Shown here: positions 8,318 through 15,714 of the stretch, piece by piece
Position numbering within the stretch: the first letter of the stretch is position 1
Layout of the letters: each line of letters begins with the position of its first letter
From: Aeropyrum pernix K1
Lineage (GTDB): Archaea > Thermoproteota > Thermoprotei_A > Sulfolobales > Acidilobaceae
DNA length: 32,000 nt
Direction of reading: 5' to 3'
NCBI RefSeq assembly: GCF_000011125.1
Contig: NC_000854.2
Location: 1,170,001-1,202,000, forward strand
Program-made: the position numbers and the translations under genes
Notes under the pieces: generated by a model
The model's input: the letters and a program-made list of their open reading frames with translations, nothing else
What the model was told of the DNA's origin: nothing
Databases searched by the model: none

Positions 8318-8791
8318 TCACTCCGACCCCCTGCACTTCCACACGATCCTGCCGTTAACGTACACAGCGCCTCCTCCCCTACGCTTGAGCTTCTCGAGAA
8401 TCCGCCTAGCCCTAGCTCTATCGGGGCTTCCAGAATACGCGAGCCTCCTGTCCACAGGCTTCCCCGGGCCTACTAGACCCTCAATAGCTACAATAGTCAC
8501 GGGAGCCCGAGCCTCACACATCTCTCTAGCCACACGAACAAGATCATCCTCCACCTCCTCAGGCTTAGTCAGGGGGATCTCGATCACAGCCTCCTCTGTA
8601 CCCCTCTCTCTATCCAGGCCGTAAACAACGATAGCCCTCCACGAAACCGCGAGTTCCTCGACAAGGTTTGTTAGAAGAGCCGTGAACCGGTTAGGCCTAT
8701 AGGGGTCCAACCCCAACATTCTCGTTTTCTCCTCAAACCTGTCAATATCGATGACGACGATTGTGCCCTCGACCATAGTAGCACTCGACAT
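8318..8791 (-). CDS. Hypothetical small protein (158 aa) with a palm-domain-like pattern (GGDEF / class III cyclase / GTP cyclohydrolase III-like)
   Basis: The ORF-track start at 8869 overlaps tRNA-Leu (8842..8929) on the same strand, so I trimmed to ATG 8791 (MSSATMVEG...). Pattern: IVVIDIDRFEE (beta strand with paired Asp), a helix, AIVVYGLDRERGTEEAVIEI (hairpin where GGDEF would sit), VTIVAIEGLV, and a C-terminal KRRGGGAVYV. The fold assignment is by eye only. Confidence 0.6.
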   Translation of the reverse strand: MSSATMVEGTIVVIDIDRFEEKTRMLGLDPYRPNRFTALLTNLVEELAVSWRAIVVYGLDRERGTEEAVIEIPLTKPEEVEDDLVRVAREMCEARAPVTIVAIEGLVGPGKPVDRRLAYSGSPDRARARRILEKLKRRGGGAVYVNGRIVWKCRGSE

Positions 8792-8841
8792 TACATAACC
8801 ACCAAAAGACAGGATGGGGCTCCTAGACGCTGGCAGTATTA

Positions 8842-8929
8842 TGGTGCGGGGGGTGGGATTTGAACCCACGCAGGCCTACGCCATCGGGTCCTCAGCCCGA
8901 CCCCTTTGGCCAGGCTCGGGCACCCCCGC
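8842..8929 (-). tRNA. tRNA-Leu (anticodon GAG), class II with long variable arm; 3' CCA is encoded
   Basis: The reverse complement folds as acceptor GCGGGGG/CCCCCGC, anticodon stem TCGGG/CCCGA, loop CTGAGGA (GAG), variable arm TGGCGTAGGCCTGC, T arm GTGGG-TTCAAAT-CCCAC, discriminator A, then CCA. A CTAAAATACC TATA-like box lies 20-30 nt upstream. Confidence 0.9.
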
Positions 8930-9044
8930 ACCGTGTAGAGTAAACAGGTATTTTAGGGGCTATAAAGTGTTAGCTCGAGCCCACGGCAGCGACGCTATGG
9001 ATAGGGTGCAGCGCTAAAGGGGGGCAAGTTATACTTCTATAATA

Positions 9045-10157
9045 ATGGGGGTAGGTATGGGTAGTCTAAGGCTTACGGAGAGACCGCACGTAAGGAAGGC
9101 TAGGCTTTGGGTAAAACTTAGTGACGGTAAGGAGGGGTGGGTGAGGTGCGATCTCTGCCAGAGGAGGTGTGTTATAGCTCCTGGAAAGTATGGGGCTTGT
9201 GGTGTTAGGAAGAACATAGGAGGGGAACTCTACACTCTGGTCTATGGCCTTCTGAGCGCTAGCAATATAGACCCTATTGAGAAGAAGCCTCTACTACACT
9301 TTTACCCGGGCTCGACAGTTCTGAGTATAAGCACCGTTGGGTGCAACTTCTTCTGCCAGTTCTGCCAGAACTTCGAGATAAGCCAGTCCCGGCTTGAGAA
9401 GGGTCTTTACGGTGTCTATAGGACGCCTGAGGAGGTTGTGAGGCTAGCCTTAGTCTATGGAGCCGACGGCATCACCTATACCTACAACGAGCCCACAATA
9501 TTCTTTGAAACTGTTTACGACGTGGCAAAGGAAGCTAAAAAGCATGGCCTCTTCAACACTATGGTGACCAACGGCTACATGACCCCCGAAGCTGTTGATG
9601 AGCTAGGAAGCCTCATAGACGCTGCTACTGTCGATTTCAAGGGAGGAGGCGACCCCGAGTTCTACAGGAAGATAATGTTCGTGCCGGACCCCGAACCCAT
9701 ATACGAGGCGATACTTGCTATGAAGGATAAAGGCTGGTGGATAGAGATAACAAACCTGGTTGTCCCTATCCTCGGCGATAAGCCTGAGTATGTTAGGCGT
9801 ATGGCCAGATGGATAGTTGAAAACCTTGGACCGGAGGTGCCCTTCCACCTGCTGAGATTCCATCCAGACTACAAGCTAAGGCACGTACCCCACACTCCAG
9901 TTAAGACCCTCGAGAAGCTGGCCAGAATAGCTATGGAAGAGGGCCTCAAACATGTTTATATAGGCAACGTGTGGGGCCACCCGCTCGAGGACACGTACTG
10001 TCCCAAGTGTGGATACAAAGTTGTTGACAGGGAGGGTTTCGCAATCGTAGAATGGCGGCTAACAAGCGACTTCAGATGCCCACGCTGCGGGTATAAGCTC
10101 AATTTCCGCGGCGAGTACACGCCACGTAACATAAACTATCCCATGCCAGTGATGTAA
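9045..10157 (+). CDS. Radical SAM enzyme, PflA-like / AmmeMemoRadiSam-system type
   Basis: 370-aa ORF. The N-terminal auxiliary Cys cluster is VRCDLCQRRCVIAPGKYGACGVRKN. The canonical radical SAM CxxxCxxC is GCNFFCQFCQN. A C-terminal Zn-ribbon-like pair is CPKCG...CPRCG. The start could be ATG 9045 or ATG 9057. Confidence 0.85.
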   Translation: MGVGMGSLRLTERPHVRKARLWVKLSDGKEGWVRCDLCQRRCVIAPGKYGACGVRKNIGGELYTLVYGLLSASNIDPIEKKPLLHFYPGSTVLSISTVGCNFFCQFCQNFEISQSRLEKGLYGVYRTPEEVVRLALVYGADGITYTYNEPTIFFETVYDVAKEAKKHGLFNTMVTNGYMTPEAVDELGSLIDAATVDFKGGGDPEFYRKIMFVPDPEPIYEAILAMKDKGWWIEITNLVVPILGDKPEYVRRMARWIVENLGPEVPFHLLRFHPDYKLRHVPHTPVKTLEKLARIAMEEGLKHVYIGNVWGHPLEDTYCPKCGYKVVDREGFAIVEWRLTSDFRCPRCGYKLNFRGEYTPRNINYPMPVM

Positions 10158-10287
10158 ATCATAATGGGAGCGTGAAGAGCCATATAGTTAATTATAGTTA
10201 ATTTCCGAAAGTTACGCAGAAGAATATAGAAAGACTCGGCTATAATGTTGAGGAGGCCAGTCCTATATCCACAAGCTATTATAGGAG

Positions 10288-11007
10288 CTACCCCTCCACT
10301 TCCTCCTCCAGCGCCTCCTCAAACCCTTCCTCCCCGGCTTTAACAAGCGATAGTATTTCATTAACAACCCTCACAGCTTCCCTCTTCTCCACATTCTGGG
10401 CTTCGCTAAACAAGCGTGAAACACTCTCCCTCACGAAGTCGTCTATCCTATCCGCCTCAACCTGCACCCTAGTCCTTTTAAGCAGGAGCGGGGTCGGCTC
10501 TACGACCGCCCCCCTGACGAGCGCTTCACCGTTCAACGGCGTCACTATAAGTGCTCCTACGTCGGAACCCCTATACATGATTCTATACACTACATCTCCA
10601 ACATCAGTCTCGCCGACCTTCTCCACTGTAAACCTGATCTCCTCCTCGAGAAGCCTGGGAGCTGCTCTGGCGAAATCCTCAACTATTGGCGCTATCTCCT
10701 CTTCGGGAACCCTCCTCCAAAGCTCTACCCTGAGGGTGGAGAAGTCGAATTGTATTTGCGAGTCCCTAACCTCATAGTCAATCTGTATCCTCACCACGTC
10801 AAGCTTATCGGCCTTCAGCTTGTTAACCAGCAGCTCGAAGAGAACCCTATTCAAATTACCAGCTGCCATGGCAACGTCCTTGTTAGAGAGTTCGCCTGAC
10901 TTTATCGCGTCTCTAAGTTGCGCGAAAAGCACTCTACGAACCTTATCCGCATAACCAGCCGCTATAACGAGGCCTGTTCTCAGCGTAGGCAATATAGACC
11001 AACCCAT
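10288..11007 (-). CDS. Conserved archaeal hypothetical protein with acidic C-terminal tail
   Basis: 239-aa ORF with normal amino acid composition. Several TATA-like boxes (TATAAAG, TTTAAAGG, CTTATAATC) lie within 80 nt upstream. The C-terminus is EEGFEEALEEEVEG. I do not recognise a family with confidence. Confidence 0.7.
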   Translation of the reverse strand: MGWSILPTLRTGLVIAAGYADKVRRVLFAQLRDAIKSGELSNKDVAMAAGNLNRVLFELLVNKLKADKLDVVRIQIDYEVRDSQIQFDFSTLRVELWRRVPEEEIAPIVEDFARAAPRLLEEEIRFTVEKVGETDVGDVVYRIMYRGSDVGALIVTPLNGEALVRGAVVEPTPLLLKRTRVQVEADRIDDFVRESVSRLFSEAQNVEKREAVRVVNEILSLVKAGEEGFEEALEEEVEG

Positions 11008-11192
11008 TGTAAAGATATAATGTTAAAGATTATAAGGTTTCGCTGCGGAAAATCAACCTTTAAACCCACCACTTTATACAACGTTTATTCTAGAGCCCGG
11101 TGCCCTGAGCCACCCTCCAACAGGCTGTGAGGAGCCGACCACCGTAGCGGAGGAGCCTCTCTAAAAGGCTATGACGTGTAGTCGAGGAATAT

Positions 11193-12080
11193 TTACCCCG
11201 CGCTCTGCGGCCTACCTTCTCCCTCCCCTAGCCCTTCTGGTCCTTCTCTAAGCGAGACTAGTCTCTGTGGAGGCGTTATCTCTACACCAGCGTCTAGCAG
11301 TCTCTTCACTATTATGCTTAGCATTTTAATCTTTGCGTTAAACCACTGGTCCGAGGGGGCCCAGAAGCGTACAACCAGTTCAGCGCCCCTCTCGCTGATA
11401 TTGTCGACGAATACCTGGGGTTCAGGCTCTGCTAGGGCGAGAGGCTCTTCTTGTATAGCGTTTAAAGCTATCTCCGCAGCCTTAGAGTAGTCGCTAGTCT
11501 CCTTCACCGGTATCCTGTACTCAACACGCCTTGCCAGGGACTTGTTGAGAACATCAACATTACTCTTAAACAGGGCCTCGTTGGGTATCCTAGCCATAAC
11601 ACCGTCCCACTTCAGTATCTTAGAGCTGAGGATCGAGATGTCGTAGACCACGCCGCCTATGCTACCCACAATCACAGGGTCTCCAACCTTGAAGGGACGT
11701 TCGAGGTAGAGGAACACCCCGGCTATGAGGTTTGACGCTACCGTCTGGCTCGCAATGCCCAATGCTATACCGACTATCCCTCCGGCCACTAGGAAGACAG
11801 ATATGTCTATGCCTAACTGGGCTAGGGCTGCAACGCCTGTTAGGAATAGTATAGTGTAGAATAGGATCCTGGATATGGCTACCGCTATATCTCTCGACGT
11901 TCGTTTTGAGAGGTATATGTAGACCCGGCCCCTTACGAGCAGCGCAGCAACAGCTCCCACAGAGAGGATTAGGATAGCAGTTAACACCTGCTCCAAGCTG
12001 ACGTTAAACGGCCAGGATAGTGAGGCTCCCCCCAAACCTGGTATTTCAGCCATAGAGCTCCACCCCACTATATACCCCAT
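11193..12080 (-). CDS. mscS: Small-conductance mechanosensitive channel (MscS family)
   Basis: Three N-terminal TM helices followed by the MscS signature region: ASQTVASNLIAGVFLYLERPFKVGDPVIVGSIGGVVYDISILSSKILKWDGVMARIPNEALF. ATG 12080 overlaps the upstream gene by 13 nt. The alternative ATG at 12053 would remove the overlap. Confidence 0.85.
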   Translation of the reverse strand: MGYIVGWSSMAEIPGLGGASLSWPFNVSLEQVLTAILILSVGAVAALLVRGRVYIYLSKRTSRDIAVAISRILFYTILFLTGVAALAQLGIDISVFLVAGGIVGIALGIASQTVASNLIAGVFLYLERPFKVGDPVIVGSIGGVVYDISILSSKILKWDGVMARIPNEALFKSNVDVLNKSLARRVEYRIPVKETSDYSKAAEIALNAIQEEPLALAEPEPQVFVDNISERGAELVVRFWAPSDQWFNAKIKMLSIIVKRLLDAGVEITPPQRLVSLREGPEGLGEGEGRPQSAG

Positions 12081-12823
12081 ATCATGGCTATCCTGCCGGG
12101 GACCAGGGGTCCTAGGGCTTCGAAAAGCCTCCTGTCCCTTTCAACCAGAGGCACCTCTATGAATCCTTCCCCAGGCTCAGCCTCCTCGAGCCAAACATCA
12201 GCCGAGTCAATGTCCCTTACAGACATTCGTATAGGGGAGGCGGCTATACCACCCGTAACAGGGTTGTAAAACATGGATAAACCACGCCTAGGAAGTACAA
12301 CCCTAGATACCGTGGCCTGCACGTCGGCATTGTTTACTATGGTGAGCCTGGCGCTGGCGGCAGGCCCCCGCCACTCATCACGCCAGAACCGGCACAACAG
12401 CCCCTCGACATTGCTGCCATAAACAGCCATCTTCGGCACCACCCCGCCGGGGGGGAAGAAGTCTATGAGGGTGTGGCGGCCCTTGCTGGAAGCTATAACG
12501 GCTATGTCGAAAGGAACTTTTAACTCTATGCTAAAGCTGTCTCCAGGCGGCACTACCACAGGGCTCCTCAACCTCATGTAAAGGCAGTTTAGACGGCCCT
12601 GAAGAGGTAGAAGGAAGGGTGGATAGGGAGCCACCATAACCCTAACACCGGGTGCAAGAGTGACACGTGTCACCACGTTACCACTGTCGTCAAGCCTCTC
12701 GTAAACTAGGCTGTCGTCAGTCGCGGAAAGCTCTATATTACTACCGTAGACGCTCTTTCGGGAGCCCTCGGAGAGGAAGCCGAAAACAGACTCTCCCCGG
12801 GGCGATACGGCTCTTTCAACCAA
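12068..12823 (-). CDS. Hypothetical beta-rich soluble protein, co-transcribed with mscS
   Basis: 251-aa ORF with a TTG start at 12823. A GATATTTTAAGC TATA-like box lies ~40 nt upstream. No TM segments and no recognisable catalytic motifs. Its stop overlaps the mscS start. Confidence 0.65.
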   Translation of the reverse strand: MVERAVSPRGESVFGFLSEGSRKSVYGSNIELSATDDSLVYERLDDSGNVVTRVTLAPGVRVMVAPYPPFLLPLQGRLNCLYMRLRSPVVVPPGDSFSIELKVPFDIAVIASSKGRHTLIDFFPPGGVVPKMAVYGSNVEGLLCRFWRDEWRGPAASARLTIVNNADVQATVSRVVLPRRGLSMFYNPVTGGIAASPIRMSVRDIDSADVWLEEAEPGEGFIEVPLVERDRRLFEALGPLVPGRIAMIWGI

Positions 12824-12889
12824 TAAACACCAGCCCTGCCTTTAGCAAAAGTGGCTGTAACAGCTTAAAATATCGGGGTTTAATAGATA

Positions 12890-14155
12890 TTAGCTTATCT
12901 TTAGGCCGCCTCTGCCGAGGAGTTCGTGTGCCCTCGCCAGCTGGCCAGCTGCTATAGCAGACAGCAGGTTTAGCTCCCCCGCGAGCACTGCAGAAGCTAT
13001 TATCTCGGCGAGCTTCAGCGCGTTTGAGCCCGGCGGGTTCCCCCCGCCAGCAACGCCCAGTAGGGCCAGAAGTTCCCTCTGTGTCGGAAGTCTTGTGCCG
13101 CCTCCTACAGTACCCACTTCAAGGCTGGGGAGAGTCACGCTTATGTAGAGGTCCTCCCCCCTCACCTCGGTCCACGTATAGCCCATGCTACTCTCAACAA
13201 CCTGCGCCGCATCCTGGCCTGTAGCTATGAATATTGCCGCTATTATGTTTGCGAAGTGTGCGTTGAAAGAGTGGCTCCCCGCTGCGGCGCTTCCAAGAAG
13301 GTTCTTCGTGACGTTAACCAGGTTGATGTTTTGCGGCGTTGTTTTTAGAACATTCTTGACGACTTCACCCTTTATAACCGCCTCGGCGACTACATACTTG
13401 CCCCTACCCAGTATTTTGTTTATCGCCGCCGGCTTCTTATCAGTGCACATGTTGCCGCTGAGCGCTATGCACTTAGCATCGCCATCATAATTCTCCTCTA
13501 TGTAGCGGCATATCCTGTCGCTCGATATAGTCACCATGTTCATGCCCATCGCATCCCCCGTCGAGAACGAGAGCCTGAGCCACACCAGGTTGCCTATTAT
13601 GTAAGGGTAGATGTGCTGCAGCCTCCCGTGCCGAGTAACCCCGGCTACAACACTCCTGAGGTCCTCAATTCTATCCTCCACCCACATAGCCAGCCTGTGG
13701 GCCTCATAGACGCTTGGAGTCCAGAGTAGGGGGGCTCGGGTCATCCCGTCCTTTATAACCTTGGCTCTTGCTCCTCCAGATAATGTTATAGCCTTAGCAC
13801 CCCGGTTCACGCTGGCTACTAGGGCCCCCTCCGTGGTGGCGAGGGGTATATAGAAGTCGCCCCGGGCATAGTCGCCATTGATCCTAAGAGGGCCAGCTAC
13901 GCCCACTGGAACCTGGACTGCGCCAATAGGGTTCTCAATGTTCCTCCCGTAGAGCTCCTGGAAGTCTAGTATGGTGCTTGCCACGCTCGATAAACTGGCA
14001 CCCGTTAGCCTCTCGAGGTAGAGCCTCCTGACGAGCGCCGCCTCGTTGGCGTTACCTAGCTCCTTCTCAAGCCTGGAGTGGCTCAGGCTACCGCTAGCCA
14101 GCTTATCAACCAGGTCCTCTAACCTCCTAGGCTTTTGGCCTGAACTTGACCCCAT
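12890..14155 (-). CDS. hmgA: 3-hydroxy-3-methylglutaryl-CoA reductase, class I, soluble archaeal form
   Basis: 421-aa ORF with HMGR blocks: ENPIGAVQVPVGVAGPL, ATTEGALVASVNRGAKA, TGDAMGMNMV, GTVGGGT. The ATG at 14155 overlaps the preceding DUF35 gene by 29 nt. Confidence 0.95.
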   Translation of the reverse strand: MGSSSGQKPRRLEDLVDKLASGSLSHSRLEKELGNANEAALVRRLYLERLTGASLSSVASTILDFQELYGRNIENPIGAVQVPVGVAGPLRINGDYARGDFYIPLATTEGALVASVNRGAKAITLSGGARAKVIKDGMTRAPLLWTPSVYEAHRLAMWVEDRIEDLRSVVAGVTRHGRLQHIYPYIIGNLVWLRLSFSTGDAMGMNMVTISSDRICRYIEENYDGDAKCIALSGNMCTDKKPAAINKILGRGKYVVAEAVIKGEVVKNVLKTTPQNINLVNVTKNLLGSAAAGSHSFNAHFANIIAAIFIATGQDAAQVVESSMGYTWTEVRGEDLYISVTLPSLEVGTVGGGTRLPTQRELLALLGVAGGGNPPGSNALKLAEIIASAVLAGELNLLSAIAAGQLARAHELLGRGGLKIS

Positions 14156-14537
14156 AGACTATCACTCCCTCGTCGCCGTCCTCATAGATCCTCCTGAAGA
14201 CGGCTTCGACCTGTACCCCCCTTTCCAGAGACTCGGGGTCACTGACATCTACTATCTCGCTAACAACCTTAGCAACACCCAGGTCGACGAGCCCTATAAC
14301 CACCGGGCTCCTATCCCTGGCACCGCTCTCCACAGAGTATAACACTGTATAAGCCTCTAGCCTCCCAACCCTCGGCAGCTCTGTCTCAGCGACGTTACGC
14401 GATCCGCAGTATGGACAAGCCTTTGCAGGGGGGTAGAAGGATCTGCCGCAATCGCTACACCTACCCCCAAGCAGCCTATACCTGGGAACCCTAGTGCGCC
14501 ACTCCCTAACAGTAGACTCTCTAGACACGAACACCAC
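14127..14537 (-). CDS. DUF35 family Zn-ribbon/OB-fold protein (scaffold of the archaeal thiolase/HMG-CoA synthase complex)
   Basis: 136-aa ORF with a rubredoxin-like CSDCGRSFYPPAKACPYCGS followed by an OB-like C-terminal half. The GTG start is 4 nt after the thiolase stop. Its position between thiolase and the next gene is typical for this family. Confidence 0.85.
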   Translation of the reverse strand: MVFVSRESTVREWRTRVPRYRLLGGRCSDCGRSFYPPAKACPYCGSRNVAETELPRVGRLEAYTVLYSVESGARDRSPVVIGLVDLGVAKVVSEIVDVSDPESLERGVQVEAVFRRIYEDGDEGVIVYGVKFRPKA

Positions 14538-14540
14538 CCC

Positions 14541-15674
14541 CTATCTCGCATCAGAGGCTAGGACGGCTATGTATGCGGAGGATCCGTGGCCGTTTATGGA
14601 GACTGCAGCCCCTGTTCTCGCGCCGGGAGCATTAACCCCCGGGAATACCCCGGCGAGCTGCATGGCAATTTCACCCAGCATATACACCCCCGTGGCGCCT
14701 CCGGAATGCCCTCTAGCCTTCAGACCGCCGCTAGCGTTGACTGTGGGTCCCTCGCCCGAGGGTGTAAAGTAGCCTTCGGCAACCCTCTTCGCCGCTGTGC
14801 CCTTCTCCGCGAGCCCTAGGGACTCTAGTATTATTATGCCCGTTATTGTATAGGAGTCATGCACCTCCAGTACATCAATATTGTTAACGCCGGCGAGAGA
14901 CCTCGCCTTATCCCAAGCCTCCTTAACGGCGGGCATGGTCAACGGGTCGTCTAGGTGTGAGATCGAGAGGGGGCCCGAGGCCGCCTCCACAGCCTTCAAC
15001 ACTGCCAGCCCGCCGTCGCCCCTGGATAGGGTAACTGCAGCCGCGCCGTCGCCCATGGCAAATGTGTCGAGCATCGTGAGGGGGAGGGCAACAGGCATAG
15101 CGTCCTTAACGGCCTCAGGCTTTATAGCAAACCTTAGCATGGCGTATGGGTTCTCCTTAGCGTTGCTATGCATCAATGCAGGCCAGTAGGAGAGGGTGTC
15201 TCGGTCTACACCATACCTGCTCATATACATGTCTGCCAGGAGTCCATGTATGGCCGCATGGGATATCGGGTACACACCGTCCCAGTCAATGTTGTAAACG
15301 CCCTTCAATATGCTGTACACCCTGCTGCTAGGGGCGTCGGACATCTTATCAACACCCAGTAGAACCACCTTTTTACCCTCGGCAGCCAACCTGGCGGCCG
15401 TTACCGCTGCCGCAAGGCCCGAGGCCTCGCCAGCCTCGACAGTTATAGCAGTAGCGCCTCCAAACCCCAGGCTAGATACAATGTAGCTGGCTATATCAGC
15501 CTGGCCTGAGAGCCTTGGGTATACGAAGCTTGAGACCACGACGGCATCAACACTCGCCCAGCCTGCATCGCTCAGGGCAGACTCTAACGCCTCCTTTGCG
15601 AGCTCCTCCACACCACTGCTAAAATGTCTGCCAACCTTTACCATGCCAACACTCTTAACCGCCACGTTAAGCAA
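14541..15674 (-). CDS. Acetyl-CoA acetyltransferase (archaeal thiolase)
   Basis: Thiolase-like sequence: VAVKSVGMVKVGRH..., ...EASGLAAAVTAARLAAEG..., C-terminal GGLKARGHSGGATGV. The ORF-track start at 15764 would overlap the HMG-CoA synthase gene by 50 nt. I prefer TTG 15674, which is preceded by GGGGGGTGGAAGG and is the first in-frame start after the upstream stop. The stop is firm. Confidence 0.9.
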   Translation of the reverse strand: MLNVAVKSVGMVKVGRHFSSGVEELAKEALESALSDAGWASVDAVVVSSFVYPRLSGQADIASYIVSSLGFGGATAITVEAGEASGLAAAVTAARLAAEGKKVVLLGVDKMSDAPSSRVYSILKGVYNIDWDGVYPISHAAIHGLLADMYMSRYGVDRDTLSYWPALMHSNAKENPYAMLRFAIKPEAVKDAMPVALPLTMLDTFAMGDGAAAVTLSRGDGGLAVLKAVEAASGPLSISHLDDPLTMPAVKEAWDKARSLAGVNNIDVLEVHDSYTITGIIILESLGLAEKGTAAKRVAEGYFTPSGEGPTVNASGGLKARGHSGGATGVYMLGEIAMQLAGVFPGVNAPGARTGAAVSINGHGSSAYIAVLASDAR

Positions 15675-15714
15675 TAGCCTTCCACCCCCCGCAGAAGTCT
15701 TCGATGCTTCGAGG

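Noticed and set aside
8792-9017. The N-terminal extension of ORF 8318..8869, and the plus-strand ORF 8814..9017.
   Set aside because: Both run through tRNA-Leu (8842..8929). The minus-strand CDS was trimmed to ATG 8791 and the plus-strand ORF discarded.
10184-10203. The tandem direct repeat ATAGTTAATT x2 in the convergent intergenic region after the radical SAM gene.
   Set aside because: Only two copies occur, in an AT-rich terminator-like spacer. There is no further copy in the window and no flanking inverted repeats suggesting a mobile element. It is probably incidental or part of transcription termination.
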